Positions 9,809-20,639 of a stretch of 64,000 bases of DNA are shown piece after piece (the stretch's first letter is position 1; each line of letters starts with the position of its first letter). Position numbers and translations under genes: made by a program. Origin of the DNA: Longimicrobiales bacterium (lineage in GTDB: Bacteria > Gemmatimonadota > Gemmatimonadetes > Longimicrobiales > Gaopeijiaceae); assembly GCA_965204735.1 (NCBI GenBank), contig OZ242008.1, positions 3,296,001 to 3,360,000 on the forward strand, written 5' to 3'. The notes under the pieces were generated by a model. The model ran no database searches and had not been told where the DNA came from. It was given only the letters and a program-made list of their open reading frames with translations.

Positions 9809-11656
9809 CTAGAAGACCGGCGGCAGCCCCGGCTGCTGAGCCTCGTCCGCCGGGGCCAGCACCTCTTCGCGACGGTCCACGATCCGCGCGGACTCCCGCA
9901 GGCCTTCGATCCACTGGGTCAGGCGCTGCTCCCGCACCGCCGCCACGGCTTCGGTTCGCTGCTCGTCGAGCTGGCCGGCCCAGGCGGCGCTGTCGGCGGC
10001 CGTCCAACCGGTCTTCTCGACGACGAAGGCGTTCTGGTTCGCTTCGACAGCGCCCGACACCTCGCCCACTTCGAGCCCGAAGGCGGTCCCCACGACCGCG
10101 GTGCGGAAGCCGAGTCCCGCAACGAACTCGAGACGCGAGAACGGACCCGCTTCCTGCACTTCCAGCCCCATCTCCCTGGCCACTTCGTCCAGCGGGCGCC
10201 CGCCGTGCACCTCGGCGGCCAGCTCCCGGGCCTCTTCCATGGCGGCGGCGATCTTCCGCTCGGTGCCCAGCGTCTGGCGGATCGCCAGCTCGGCCTCCTC
10301 TTCGGTCAGGTGGCCGGCGGGGTCGATCGAGACCAGCTCCAGCGCGTAGAAGGCGCCGCGGTTCTCGAAGACCGGGCTCACGTCGCCCGGCAGGGTCTCG
10401 GGATCGAAGATCCACTCTCCCCCTTCGGCCGCTTCGCCGGCGCCCGGGACGATGGGAAAGTTCTCGGTCATGTCCAGGGTGTCCACCTCGAGCCCCAGGG
10501 CCGTCGCGGCCTCCGCCAACGGCATGGCTTCGCCCAGCTCCTCCAGGGAGTCGGCCGTCTCCAGGAGGTCGAACTCGGATTCGTCGGTGCGCTCGTAGGG
10601 CAGGAGGATGTGGCGCGCCCGGGCCGAGTCCTGTCCCCAGCGCTCCGACACCTCGATCAGGTGCACGCCGAACCGGCTCCGCACCGGCTCCGTCGTGCGG
10701 TCCAAGCGGGCGGCGAAGACCGTGGAGTCGAACGCCGGGACCATCGCTCCCTTGCCGAAGACGCCCAAGTCGCCCCCGTCCTGGGCCGAGGCCTCGTCGG
10801 AGGACTCCTCGCGGGCCAGCTCGGCGAAGTCCGCGCCTGCGAGAATCTCCTCCCGCAGCTCGGCCGCCCGCCGCTCCACCGCCGCCGTGTCGGCCGCGGT
10901 CGCAGCCTTGGAAAGGGCCACGGAGATCACGGACGCCGTCGCGGGAAAGGCGTACTCCTCCCGGTTCTCGGCGTAGTGGCGGGACACGTCGTCGGCCGTG
11001 ACCTCGATCTGGTCGTCGCCGACCCGGACCAGGGGATCGAACGCCACGTAGCGCACGGTGGCCGTCTCGTTCTCGTCCCGGTACGCCCCCCACAGCTCGG
11101 CGTCGGAGACGTGGACGCCCGACGCGACTTGGCGCAGGAGCTTCCCTCGGGGGATCACGTCGCGGTAGTACGCCTCCAATCCCAGGAGCTGCTCCGGAGT
11201 CGCGCCGGCTATGAACTGCTGGTACTTGGCGATGTCGAACTCGCCGTCGGTCTGGAAGACCGCGCTGGACGCCAGGTCGGGCGGCGGACTGAAGCGCGCC
11301 GCGTTGATCACTTCTTCGTCGGTGACCACGATCCCCCGTCTTCGCAGCTCCTGCTGGATCAAGATGGTGCTGACCACCTCGTCCCACGCCTGGTCCTCGA
11401 TCTCCGCGTTCTGGGCGTTGGTCACGGGCTCTTCCTGGCCGCTCTGGATCCGGTCGTAGATGTAGCGGTAGGAAGCCATGTAGGCGTCGTACGAAACCGG
11501 CGTTCCGTTGACTCGGCCCACTTCGCCGTAGACGCCCATGGAGCCTGCCGTCTGGCCCGTGATGTCCATCCCCCACTCGAAGAACATCAGTCCCCCAAAA
11601 GCCAGGGCCGCCAGGAGCATGATCCACTTCGTGTTGTCCCGCATCTGCCGCATCAT
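9809..11656 (-). CDS. SurA-N/parvulin peptidyl-prolyl isomerase (PpiD-like)
   Basis: MMRQMR + TM, VGRVNG, FAELAREESSD..SAQDGGDLG.F...MVPAF, SRFGVHLI; AGAGGAGG RBS. Confidence 0.9.
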   Translation of the reverse strand: MMRQMRDNTKWIMLLAALAFGGLMFFEWGMDITGQTAGSMGVYGEVGRVNGTPVSYDAYMASYRYIYDRIQSGQEEPVTNAQNAEIEDQAWDEVVSTILIQQELRRRGIVVTDEEVINAARFSPPPDLASSAVFQTDGEFDIAKYQQFIAGATPEQLLGLEAYYRDVIPRGKLLRQVASGVHVSDAELWGAYRDENETATVRYVAFDPLVRVGDDQIEVTADDVSRHYAENREEYAFPATASVISVALSKAATAADTAAVERRAAELREEILAGADFAELAREESSDEASAQDGGDLGVFGKGAMVPAFDSTVFAARLDRTTEPVRSRFGVHLIEVSERWGQDSARARHILLPYERTDESEFDLLETADSLEELGEAMPLAEAATALGLEVDTLDMTENFPIVPGAGEAAEGGEWIFDPETLPGDVSPVFENRGAFYALELVSIDPAGHLTEEEAELAIRQTLGTERKIAAAMEEARELAAEVHGGRPLDEVAREMGLEVQEAGPFSRLEFVAGLGFRTAVVGTAFGLEVGEVSGAVEANQNAFVVEKTGWTAADSAAWAGQLDEQRTEAVAAVREQRLTQWIEGLRESARIVDRREEVLAPADEAQQPGLPPVF

Positions 11657-11692
11657 CGGCTGTCCTCCTCTGGTTGGGAGGAAAGCTAACCG

Positions 11693-11750
11693 CCAACGGG
11701 AAGCTCGTTCAACCGACGGGACCCGCTCGTCCAACCAACGGGACTCGTTC
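11693..11750. repeat. Three imperfect 20-22 bp direct repeats in a divergent intergenic region
   Basis: CCAACGGGAAGCTCGTTCAA / CCGACGGGACCCGCTCGTCCAA / CCAACGGGACTCGTTC. Confidence 0.7.
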
Positions 11751-11809
11751 GGCAATGGGCCGCTTCGCCGGATGGCGGGTCGGCCGGGCCCGCGGGCGGC
11801 GCTCCCGTG

Positions 11810-11837
11810 TTGACGCTGGTGCGTCGCCGAGTAGCTT
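11810..11837 (+). promoter_or_regulatory. Candidate sigma-70 promoter for the aroQ-efp-acc operon
   Basis: TTGACG-N16-TAGCTT. Confidence 0.45.
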
Positions 11838-12001
11838 GATTGGAGCAGCTTGATTTCGGGCGTGTCGCGGCCGCTTCCCGACACCGCCCGGCTTCCTCGC
11901 GCGCCCGGCGACCGACTCGCTCCCGGCGGGCAAGCACGCCGCCCGGCGGCATGGCTCCCGGGCACGGCTCCCGGTCGTCTTCTTCCCGAAGGGGTCCCCT
12001 C

Positions 12002-12508
12002 GTGTCTTCAGCTTCCGAAGCCGCGCCCCGGCATCCCCGCGAAGGCGGACGGTCCTTGGCGGCGGCGGTCGTCCACGGTCCGAACTTGAACCTTCTGGGC
12101 GTCCGCGAGCCCCATCTCTACGGGACCGCGACGCTGGCCGACGTGAACCGGGCCGTCGAAGAGGAGGCGGCGGCGATCGGCGTCCGGGTCGAGTGCTTCC
12201 AGTCCAACTCCGAAGGGGCGATCCTGGACTTTCTGGCCGGCGTCCGAGATCGGATCGACGGCGTGCTGATCAACCCTGCGGGCCTGGGCCACACGTCGGT
12301 GGCCCTGCTGGACGGCCTGCTGGCCACGGGGAAGCCCTTCGTCGAAGTGCACTTGAGCAACCCGGCGAGCCGCGAGTCGTTCCGGCGGCGCTCCATGATC
12401 GCCCCCGCAGCGTTGGGCGTGGTCGCAGGGTTCGGGGTGGACAGCTATCTTTCTGGGTTGCGTTGCCTTTGCAGCTGCTTGCTCCGGCAAAGGGACGCCG
12501 CGAAGTAG
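12002..12508 (+). CDS. aroQ: Type II 3-dehydroquinate dehydratase
   Basis: HGPNLNLLG.REP..YG, QSNSEG, INPAG..HTS, VEVHLSN; start approximate. Confidence 0.95.
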   Translation: MSSASEAAPRHPREGGRSLAAAVVHGPNLNLLGVREPHLYGTATLADVNRAVEEEAAAIGVRVECFQSNSEGAILDFLAGVRDRIDGVLINPAGLGHTSVALLDGLLATGKPFVEVHLSNPASRESFRRRSMIAPAALGVVAGFGVDSYLSGLRCLCSCLLRQRDAAK

Positions 12509-12569
12509 CACTCACGGTCCCCCGGACGGTCCCCCCAGGCGCCGCCGACAGGAGAACGAGCCGACACCG

Positions 12570-13151
12570 ATGGCGACCACCGCCGACTTCCGCAACGGGA
12601 TGGTGCTGGAGATCGATGGCGAGCTCTGGACCATCACCTACTTTCAGCACGTGAAGCCCGGCAAGGGCGGCGCCTTCGTGCGCACGAAGCTGAAGAACGT
12701 GCTCTCGGGCGCGGTCGTGGACCGGACCTTCCGAGCCGGCGAGCGGGTGGCCAGCGTTCGGCTGGAGCGGAGGCCCGTCAACTACTCCTACACCGACGGC
12801 GAGTTCTACCACTTCATGGACGAAGAGACCTGGGAGCTGATCCCGGTCGCCGGCGAGATGCTGGGCAAGGGCCAGCTCAAGTACCTGAAGGAGAACATGC
12901 GGTGCGAGGGCTTGGTCCGCGACGGCGCCGTGATTGCCGTGGAGGTTCCGGCGTTCGTCGAGCTCGAGGTGACCGGGACCGACCCCGGCCACAAGGGCGA
13001 CACCGCCCAGGGGGCGACCAAGCCGGCGACGCTGGAGACGGGCGCGGTGATTCAGGTCCCCCTCTTCGTGGACGTGGGCGACGTGCTGAAGATCGACCGG
13101 CGGGAGGGCAAGTACCTCTCGCGGGTGAGCGGACGACCGGCCGGCGGATGA
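12570..13151 (+). CDS. efp: Elongation factor P
   Basis: FQHVKPGKGGAFVRTKLKN, GDTA...KPATLETG..IQVPLF. Confidence 0.97.
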   Translation: MATTADFRNGMVLEIDGELWTITYFQHVKPGKGGAFVRTKLKNVLSGAVVDRTFRAGERVASVRLERRPVNYSYTDGEFYHFMDEETWELIPVAGEMLGKGQLKYLKENMRCEGLVRDGAVIAVEVPAFVELEVTGTDPGHKGDTAQGATKPATLETGAVIQVPLFVDVGDVLKIDRREGKYLSRVSGRPAGG

Positions 13152-13155
13152 CGAG

Positions 13156-13647
13156 ATGATCGACCGGGAGTTCTTGGAGTCCCTGGTGCGGCTTCTCGAC
13201 GACTCGTCGCTGGACAGCCTGGAGATTGAGCGGGGCGGCATGCGGATCCGCCTGGCCAAGTCTCCTTCGGGGGGCCCGGCGACCGTCCCCGGTCCGGCCC
13301 CGACGCCGTCCGGCGCCGTGGACCGGTCCCACGCGGCGGTCGCGCCCTCTCCGCCTCCGGCCTCTTCCGCGCCTGCCGGCCAAGCCGACGACGGCGGCGG
13401 AACGCGGCTGGCCGAGATCGTGTCGCCCATGGTCGGCACCTTCTACAGGGCGCCGTCGCCGGAGGCCGACCCGTACGTCAAGACGGGGGACTCCGTGGAG
13501 GCGGGCGACGTGCTGTGCGTCATCGAGGCGATGAAGCTCATGAACGAGCTGGAGTGCGAGACGCCCGGACGCATCGTCGAGATCTGCGTGGGGAACGCGG
13601 AGCCCGTGGACTACGGTCAACTCCTCTTCCGCGTGGAGCCGGCCTGA
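13156..13647 (+). CDS. accB: Acetyl-CoA carboxylase biotin carboxyl carrier protein
   Basis: [17 protein letters not shown] biotinylation motif. Confidence 0.96.
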   Translation: MIDREFLESLVRLLDDSSLDSLEIERGGMRIRLAKSPSGGPATVPGPAPTPSGAVDRSHAAVAPSPPPASSAPAGQADDGGGTRLAEIVSPMVGTFYRAPSPEADPYVKTGDSVEAGDVLCVIEAMKLMNELECETPGRIVEICVGNAEPVDYGQLLFRVEPA

Positions 13648-13658
13648 CGCCGCCGCGC

Positions 13659-15008
13659 ATGTTCGAGAAGCTGCTGATCGCCAACCGGGGGGAGATTGCC
13701 CTTCGGATCGTGCGCGCGTGCCGCGAGCTGGGCGTGAAGACCGTGGCGGTGCATTCGGAGGCGGACCGGGAGTCGCTGCACGTGCGCTTCGCCGACGAGG
13801 CCGTGTGCATCGGCCCCGCCGCGGCCTCCCGGTCCTACCTGAACGTTCCGCAGATCATCGCGGCGGCCGAGATCACGGGGGCCGAAGCGGTTCATCCGGG
13901 GTACGGCTTCCTGGCGGAGAACGCCGAGTTCGCGGAGATCTGCCAGCAGTCGGAGCTGACCTTCGTCGGACCGACCCCGGCCCAGATCAGGACGATGGGC
14001 GACAAGGCGACCGCCAGGAAGGCGATGCGTCGCGCCGGCGTGCCTGTCGTGCCCGGCTCCGGCGGCGTGGTCGAAGGCGTGGACGACGCGTTGGCGACGG
14101 CCCGGAAGATCGGCTTCCCGATCATGATCAAGGCGGCGGCGGGCGGCGGGGGCAGGGGAATGCGGATCGCCGAGGACGAGTCCTCCTTCTCTCGGAGCTT
14201 CGGGGCGGCGCAGGCGGAGGCGGCGGCGGCCTTCGGCAACGGCGGCGTGTACCTGGAGCGATGCGTCTCGCGGCCTCGCCACGTGGAGTTCCAGGTCTTC
14301 GGCGACAGCCAGGGCCGGGTGGTGCACCTGGGAGAACGGGACTGCTCGATCCAGCGCCGTCACCAGAAGCTCATCGAAGAGGCCCCTTCGCCGGCCCTCG
14401 ACGACCGGCTTCGGACGGCCATGGGCGAGGCGGCCGTGCGGGCGGCCCTGGCGATCGGCTACGTGGGGGCCGGCACGGTGGAGTTCCTGCTGGATCCTTC
14501 AGGCGACTTCTACTTCATCGAGATGAACACGCGGATCCAGGTCGAGCATCCCGTCACCGAGGCGACCACCGGGTTCGACTTGGTGAAGGAGCAGATCCGG
14601 GTCGCCGCGGGCCGACCGCTCTCGTTTCCGTCCGAGGAGGTGGTCCACCGGGGCCATGCCATCGAGTTCCGGGTCAACGCCGAGGACCCGGCCCGGGACT
14701 TCGCGCCCTCGCCGGGAGAGATCACGACCTTCCACCAGCCGGGAGGGCCGGGCGTCCGGGTCGACACCCACGTCTACTCCGGCTACCGAGTCCCCCCGCA
14801 CTACGACTCCCTGGTGGCCAAGCTGGTGGTCTGGGGGAACACCCGTCAGGAGGCGGTTGCAAGGGGACGGGAAGCATTGGAGTCGTTCGTGGTGGAGGGC
14901 ATCTTCACCACGATCGGCTACTTGTCGAACATTACCCAGGACAAGGCGTTCCAGGAGGGCAGCGTGGACACGAGCTTCGTGGACAGCTTCGGAAACGGCC
15001 GTGGCTGA
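13659..15008 (+). CDS. accC: Acetyl-CoA carboxylase biotin carboxylase
   Basis: [51 protein letters not shown]. Confidence 0.97.
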   Translation: MFEKLLIANRGEIALRIVRACRELGVKTVAVHSEADRESLHVRFADEAVCIGPAAASRSYLNVPQIIAAAEITGAEAVHPGYGFLAENAEFAEICQQSELTFVGPTPAQIRTMGDKATARKAMRRAGVPVVPGSGGVVEGVDDALATARKIGFPIMIKAAAGGGGRGMRIAEDESSFSRSFGAAQAEAAAAFGNGGVYLERCVSRPRHVEFQVFGDSQGRVVHLGERDCSIQRRHQKLIEEAPSPALDDRLRTAMGEAAVRAALAIGYVGAGTVEFLLDPSGDFYFIEMNTRIQVEHPVTEATTGFDLVKEQIRVAAGRPLSFPSEEVVHRGHAIEFRVNAEDPARDFAPSPGEITTFHQPGGPGVRVDTHVYSGYRVPPHYDSLVAKLVVWGNTRQEAVARGREALESFVVEGIFTTIGYLSNITQDKAFQEGSVDTSFVDSFGNGRG

Positions 15009-15735
15009 CGGCCCGATGGTGCGGGTGTTCTTCACGCCCGGCGAGCTTGAAGGGCGCGTTGCCGAAGGAAAGACCGCCGTCGTGATCGACGTGCTGCGCG
15101 CCACCTCCTGCATTGCGGAGGCGATGGCCAACGGGGCGGCGACGATATTCCCGACCGAGTCCATCGACGACGCCATGGCGCTGCGGGCGTCGCTGGACAG
15201 CGACCGCATCTTGCTCTGCGGCGAACGGAAGGGTCTCCGGATCGACGGCTTCGACTTGGGCAACTCCCCTGCCGAGTTCGTGCCCGACGTGGTCGGGGAC
15301 AAGCAGCTGATCATGACCACGACCAACGGCACTCGGGCCTTCCTGGCCGCGTCCCGCGCCCAGCGGACGCTGGCGGCTTCGTTCCTGAACCTGCACGCCG
15401 TCGCCGAGGCGGTGGCGGACGACGCGGAGGTGGCCGTGCTCTGCGCCGGCAAGGAAGGCCGCTTCTCGCTGGACGACGCCGTGTGCGCCGGTCATCTGGT
15501 GCTCCGCATCGCCGAGGGGGCCGAGGTCGAAGTCGTGCTGGACGACGGAGCGGCGGCGGCGGTGGAGCTGGCCGGAGTCTACGGGCCGGACGCCGACACC
15601 TTCGCGGCCGCGGCCGCCGGGCAGGCCCTGGTGGACGCGGGAATGGAGTCCGACCTGGAGTTCTGCGCGGAAGTGGACAAGCACGAGGTGGTGCCCGTGA
15701 TGTCCGGCCGGGCGATCACGCTTTCCCGGGGATAG
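15001..15735 (+). CDS. comB: 2-phosphosulfolactate phosphatase family protein
   Basis: [36 protein letters not shown]; alternative ATG at 15016. Confidence 0.9.
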   Translation: MADGPMVRVFFTPGELEGRVAEGKTAVVIDVLRATSCIAEAMANGAATIFPTESIDDAMALRASLDSDRILLCGERKGLRIDGFDLGNSPAEFVPDVVGDKQLIMTTTNGTRAFLAASRAQRTLAASFLNLHAVAEAVADDAEVAVLCAGKEGRFSLDDAVCAGHLVLRIAEGAEVEVVLDDGAAAAVELAGVYGPDADTFAAAAAGQALVDAGMESDLEFCAEVDKHEVVPVMSGRAITLSRG

Positions 15736-18423
15736 ATGGCGCGGGGACCGGGCAAGCGCGCTTCCGCCCCGCGGAAGAGGCAGGCGGAGGGGACGGGAGT
15801 TGCGGGGGCCTTGCGGGGAATCGGCGCCGGAGACTCGGGCCGGACGCTTCCCGCGGTCGCCGCGGTCTCGGCCTTCTTGGTGGGGGTGGCCCTCCTTCCG
15901 TACCTGATGGGTCCCTTCAGGGGCTTTCTGCCGGACTCGGCGCTGGTGGACGCGCTCCTCGGTCCCGCGGGCGGCCCCCTCGATCCAGAGGGCGCCGCCT
16001 CCAAGAACCCTCTCGGCCCCGCCGGCCGCGCGGTGCAGACCGCGCTGAAGGCGGCCTTCGGCGCCGGCAGCGCCGCCGTGCCCCTCTGCCTCTTGGCCGC
16101 CGCCGCATCCTCCGGCCAGTGGTGGTCGCCCGACGCGCGAAGGCGGGCTTGGATCCTCGCCGGCGGGCTGCTCTTCATCCTCCCCGCCACGGCTTACGTC
16201 TGGCCCTTCTCGGCCACCTGTCCGGCGGTCCAGACCGGTCACTGGACCGGCTTTCTGGGCGCCCAGGCGATCGGGCGTCCCTTGTGCAGCGTGGTCGGCT
16301 GGTTCGGCGTCGCGTTCGTCACCGGGGCCGGCTGGGTCGCCATCTCGGTGGCGGCCTTCGGCGTCAACCCCCTCGCCTTGGCCGGCACGGCCGCCGCCTG
16401 GACCTTCAAGCGAGCCCGACGCGACTTCGCCACCGTGGCGGGAAGCGCCGCCGCCGGCGGGCGGGCCCTGCGCGAGCGGGCCAAGCGGCGCAGGGAGGCC
16501 TCGGCGGAGCGGAAGGCGGCCAGGCGCCGGGCGGCGGAGCGCGCGGTTCGCGTGGCGGCCCGCGAGGCGGCAGAGGAAGCAGCCGCCCGGGAAGCGGCCG
16601 AAGAAGCCGCGCGGCGAGCGGCCCGGGAGACGGCGGAGGCCGCAGAGCAGGGTGCGGCGCTCCTCGACGCCCCCTCCGAAAGAGACGAAGCTCCTTGGGA
16701 AGCGCCGGCCGGGCAGTACGTGCCGACGACCGGGACCTTGGCGCCGCCCGAGGGAGCGGGGATCGAACCGCTCGGCGACGCCAGTCCTTCCCCCGGCGAA
16801 CTCCAGCCTCCCCACCCCCCGGCCGTTCCGGCGCCGGCCGGCGCCGAGTCCTCGCCGGCGCCCGCTCCGGCCGGCGCAGGCGATCCGCCGGCCGCCCAGA
16901 CATGGCCCAGCCTCGAACTCCTGGCGCCGCCCGAGCGCCGGGACCGACTGGACATGGAACGGGAGCTGGACCGCTTGGGAGGGGTGCTGATAGAGACCCT
17001 GAGCAACTTCAACATCAAGTCGACGATCGAAGGGCGCACCACGGGGCCGGCCGTCACCCAGTTCGAAGTCGTTCCGGCCGCCGGCGTCAAGGTCAACCGA
17101 ATCGCCAACCTGGACGCGGACCTGGCCCTGGCGATGGAGGCCCGGAGCGTGCGGATCGTGGCGCCGATCCCCGGCAAGGGCGCGGTGGGCGTCGAGATCC
17201 CCAACCCCGAGCCGGAGATGGTGCGCCTGCGCGAGATACTGGGCAGCGCAGCGTTCGCCCGCTCCGACGCGGCGCTCCCCCTGGCGCTGGGCAAGGACCT
17301 GACGGGCCGCCCCTACGTCACCGACTTGACGAAGATGCCCCACGCCCTCATCGCCGGCGCCACCGGATCGGGCAAGTCGGTGTGCCTGAACACGATCATC
17401 ACCAGCCTGGTCTACAAGAACGGACCCGACCGACTGCGCCTCCTTCTCGTCGACCCCAAGATGGTCGAGCTCTCGGCGTACTCGGACCTGCCCCACCTTC
17501 GCCACCCCGTCGTCACCGACCCCAAGGACGCGGCCGGCGTGCTCAAGTGGGCGGTGCTGGAGATGGAGCGCCGCTACGCCCTCCTCAGCGCCAACGGCGT
17601 GCGCTCCCTGAAGGAGTTCAACGCCCGCGTGGAGAGCGACGTGACGCTGCGGCGGCCCGAGCCCGACGGACCCGAAGGAGACGAGGACCGATGGGTGTAC
17701 AAGGACGGTCCTCTCCCCTACGTGGTCGTGGTGGTGGACGAGCTGGCGGACCTGATGATGCAGGTCCAGGCCGACGTCGAGAAGCCTCTCGCCCAGCTGG
17801 CCCAGAAGGCCCGGGCGATCGGCATCCACCTCTTGGTGGCGACCCAGCGGCCCACGGTCAACGTCGTCACCGGCCTGATCAAGGCCAACTTCCCTTGCAG
17901 GATCGCCTTCCGGGTGGCGTCGAAGACCGACTCCCGCACCATCCTGGACCAGAACGGCGCCGACTCGCTCCTGGGGCACGGCGACATGCTCTTCCTGCCT
18001 CCGGGCCAGAGCGGGCTGGTGCGCATGCAGGGCGCCTTCATCTCGACGGAGGACACGGAGGCCCTCATGGGCTGGTTCCGGGAGCAAGCCGGCACGCTGG
18101 AGGCGATCAAGGCCCGCGTGACCCGGAGCGAGGACGACATCCTGGAAACGGTGCGGGCGACCGAGGGCGCCGACGAGGACGCCGGCGACGGGGCGATCGC
18201 GGGAGAGTGGGACGACCTCTTTCGCGAAGCGGCCCAGGCGTGCATCCAGCAGGGAGGCGGATCGACGTCGCTCCTTCAGCGCAGGTTGCGGATCGGCTAC
18301 GGCCGGGCGGCCCGAATCGTGGACCAGCTCCACGACGCCGGAGTGCTCGGTCCTCCCGACGGCTCCAAGCCCCGGGAAGTGCTGGTCGGTCCCGAGGGCC
18401 TGGACGAGATCTGCCCCAGTTGA
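15736..18423 (+). CDS. ftsK: DNA translocase FtsK
   Basis: N-terminal TM region, Ala/Pro linker, MPH.LIAGATGSGKS, DPKMVEL, DELADLM, ATQRP, gamma domain SLLQRRLRIGYGRAAR. Confidence 0.97.
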   Translation: MARGPGKRASAPRKRQAEGTGVAGALRGIGAGDSGRTLPAVAAVSAFLVGVALLPYLMGPFRGFLPDSALVDALLGPAGGPLDPEGAASKNPLGPAGRAVQTALKAAFGAGSAAVPLCLLAAAASSGQWWSPDARRRAWILAGGLLFILPATAYVWPFSATCPAVQTGHWTGFLGAQAIGRPLCSVVGWFGVAFVTGAGWVAISVAAFGVNPLALAGTAAAWTFKRARRDFATVAGSAAAGGRALRERAKRRREASAERKAARRRAAERAVRVAAREAAEEAAAREAAEEAARRAARETAEAAEQGAALLDAPSERDEAPWEAPAGQYVPTTGTLAPPEGAGIEPLGDASPSPGELQPPHPPAVPAPAGAESSPAPAPAGAGDPPAAQTWPSLELLAPPERRDRLDMERELDRLGGVLIETLSNFNIKSTIEGRTTGPAVTQFEVVPAAGVKVNRIANLDADLALAMEARSVRIVAPIPGKGAVGVEIPNPEPEMVRLREILGSAAFARSDAALPLALGKDLTGRPYVTDLTKMPHALIAGATGSGKSVCLNTIITSLVYKNGPDRLRLLLVDPKMVELSAYSDLPHLRHPVVTDPKDAAGVLKWAVLEMERRYALLSANGVRSLKEFNARVESDVTLRRPEPDGPEGDEDRWVYKDGPLPYVVVVVDELADLMMQVQADVEKPLAQLAQKARAIGIHLLVATQRPTVNVVTGLIKANFPCRIAFRVASKTDSRTILDQNGADSLLGHGDMLFLPPGQSGLVRMQGAFISTEDTEALMGWFREQAGTLEAIKARVTRSEDDILETVRATEGADEDAGDGAIAGEWDDLFREAAQACIQQGGGSTSLLQRRLRIGYGRAARIVDQLHDAGVLGPPDGSKPREVLVGPEGLDEICPS

Positions 18424-19154
18424 GCAACCCGCTGCTCGCCGTGCTGGCGGCGTTTTCGGCCGCGGCGGCCGTGCTCGCCGCGCGTCCCCTGGCCGCCCGG
18501 CAGCCCCCGACCGCCGCGGCGGACGATGCGGCCGTGCAGCTCCTGGAGGCGGCCGCGGAGCGGTACCGTCGGGCGCCGGCCACGTGCGCCGACTTCGAGC
18601 AGGTGGTGGACGTGCGTCTGCTGGGACGGCGCGTGGAAAGCGCGGGACGGATCTGCCAGCGGCGGCCCAACCTCTTCTCCATGCGCTTCACCGACCCCGA
18701 CGGCGACATGGTGATCTCCGACGGCGAGCACTTCTGGGTCTACTACCCGAGCCTGGACCCGTCGCAGGTGGTCCGCTACGCCGTGGCCGGCTCGCCCGGC
18801 GGCTACGACTTCCACCGGGAGTTCCTGGACGACCCCGGCGCCAAGTACGTGGTGCGCGACGGAGGCGCCGACGTCGTGGACGGCCGCGAGTGCAGGATCG
18901 TCGAGCTGGCTCCTAGGGGCGAGGCGGCCTATCGCCGCGCCCGGCTCTGGCTGGACGTGGAGGACCACCTTCTGCGCCGGACCGAGCTCCACCAGGAGAA
19001 CGGCTCCGTGCGGACCCTCACGCTCCGCAACCCGGAGCTGTCCCCGTTGCTCGACGGCGACATCTTCGCCTTCCGCGTCCCGGAGGGCGCAAGGGTGATG
19101 GACGCCCCGTCGCGCCCCGGACGACCAGCCCGCCCAGGCGCACGCGCCCCGTGA
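18420..19154 (+). CDS. lolA: Outer-membrane lipoprotein carrier LolA
   Basis: Signal peptide, ADFEQ, QRRPN.F, ISDG..FWVYYP, F.F.VPEGA; follows ftsK. Confidence 0.85.
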   Translation: MSNPLLAVLAAFSAAAAVLAARPLAARQPPTAAADDAAVQLLEAAAERYRRAPATCADFEQVVDVRLLGRRVESAGRICQRRPNLFSMRFTDPDGDMVISDGEHFWVYYPSLDPSQVVRYAVAGSPGGYDFHREFLDDPGAKYVVRDGGADVVDGRECRIVELAPRGEAAYRRARLWLDVEDHLLRRTELHQENGSVRTLTLRNPELSPLLDGDIFAFRVPEGARVMDAPSRPGRPARPGARAP

Positions 19155-20623
19155 GGCTGCGCACCCGAGACCTTCCCGTCTTCCCGGTGTCGCCCGGCCC
19201 GTCGGCCCGGCAGGTCCGCACGGCCGGCGCCGGCCCTTTCAGGATCGGCTCCGGGAGCGGGCCCCGCCTGGGCGTGGTCACGCTGGGCTGCGACAAGAAC
19301 ACGGTGGACTCGGAGCACATGACGGCGGCCCTCGTGTCGGCGGGCGCCCAGGTCGTGCGGGAGGTCGAGACTGCCGACGTCCTGGTCGTGAACACCTGCG
19401 GCTTCATCGAGAGCGCCAAGGAGGAGTCGATCGACGCCGTCCTGGAAGCGTGCGCCCTCAAGGAGCGCGGCCGGGTGAAGGCCGTCGTCGCCGTGGGCTG
19501 CTTGGTCCAGCGCCATCAGAGGGAGCTGGAGCCGGAGCTTCCCGAGGTGGACCTCTTCCTGGGAATCGCCGAGATGGGACGGCTGGTGCCCGAGCTGCGG
19601 GCGCGGCGGCTCCTCCCGGACGACTTCGTGCCGACGATGGAGCGGCCGCTCCGGATACTCTCCTCCGAGAACCGCCACAGCGCCTTCCTCAAGGTCAGCG
19701 AGGGCTGCGACCACACGTGCGCGTTCTGCGCCATCCCCCACATGCGGGGGCTTCATCGCTCCGCGCCGCTGGCGGAGCTGGTCGCCGAGGCGCGGGCGCT
19801 GGCGGAGCAAGGCGCGCGGGAACTCAACCTGGTCTCCCAGGACACGACCTGGTACGGGCGGGACCTGCGCCGGCGCGACAAGTCGGCGCCCCTCCTGCCG
19901 GACCTCCTGGCGGCGCTGCTCGACGGCACGGACGTGGAGTGGTTCCGGCTCTTCTACATGTACCCGTCGGGGATCACTCGAAAGCTGGCCGAGCTGATCT
20001 CCCGCGAGCCCCGCCTCGTGCCCTACCTCGACATGCCGCTGCAGCACGGGAGCGACCGGGTGCTCGCGCGGATGCGCCGGCCCGAGCGCCGGGCCTCGAT
20101 CCGGGAGCGGGTGGCTTGGCTGCGGGACCGCATCGACGGCCTGGCCCTGCGCACCACGGTCGTCGTGGGCTTCCCGGGCGAGACCGAAGACGACTTCAGG
20201 GCGATGCTCGACCTGCTGGAGGAGCTGCGCTTCGATCGGGTCGGCGCCTTCGCCTACTCCTTGGAGGAAGGCACGCTGGCGGCGAAGATGCCCGACCAGG
20301 TTCCCGCCGCGGTGGCGGCCGAGCGGCTGGAACGGCTGGAGGACCACCAGCGCGGAGCGTCGTACGAGGCGAACCTTGCCCTCGTGGGGCGCCGGCTGCC
20401 GGTGCTGGTGGACTCGGCGACGCCGTCGGGCGGCGGCGGCGCCGAAAGCGTGAACGGGGAAGGAGAGTGGGACGCCGTGGGCCGCACGTGGGGACAGGGC
20501 CCCCAGGTGGACGGTCGGACGTTCCTGGCCGGCGCCGAGGGCGCGCGGCCCGGCGAGATCGTGGTCGCCGAGATCGTCGGCGCCGGAGAGGACGACCTGG
20601 AGGGAGTGGTCGCGGCGCCCTGA
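19151..20623 (+). CDS. rimO: Ribosomal protein S12 methylthiotransferase RimO
   Basis: TLGCDKNTVDSE, VNTCGFIE.AKEES, EGCDHTCAFC, YLDMPLQH, C-terminal TRAM PQVDG. Confidence 0.96.
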   Translation: MRLRTRDLPVFPVSPGPSARQVRTAGAGPFRIGSGSGPRLGVVTLGCDKNTVDSEHMTAALVSAGAQVVREVETADVLVVNTCGFIESAKEESIDAVLEACALKERGRVKAVVAVGCLVQRHQRELEPELPEVDLFLGIAEMGRLVPELRARRLLPDDFVPTMERPLRILSSENRHSAFLKVSEGCDHTCAFCAIPHMRGLHRSAPLAELVAEARALAEQGARELNLVSQDTTWYGRDLRRRDKSAPLLPDLLAALLDGTDVEWFRLFYMYPSGITRKLAELISREPRLVPYLDMPLQHGSDRVLARMRRPERRASIRERVAWLRDRIDGLALRTTVVVGFPGETEDDFRAMLDLLEELRFDRVGAFAYSLEEGTLAAKMPDQVPAAVAAERLERLEDHQRGASYEANLALVGRRLPVLVDSATPSGGGGAESVNGEGEWDAVGRTWGQGPQVDGRTFLAGAEGARPGEIVVAEIVGAGEDDLEGVVAAP

Positions 20624-20639
20624 CCACGCGACAGGGCCG

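Noticed and set aside
16490..16900. Ala/Glu/Pro repeats in ftsK (and acidic/Pro repeats in cpoB and tatC)
   Set aside because: Ordinary low-complexity linkers or tails for these families.
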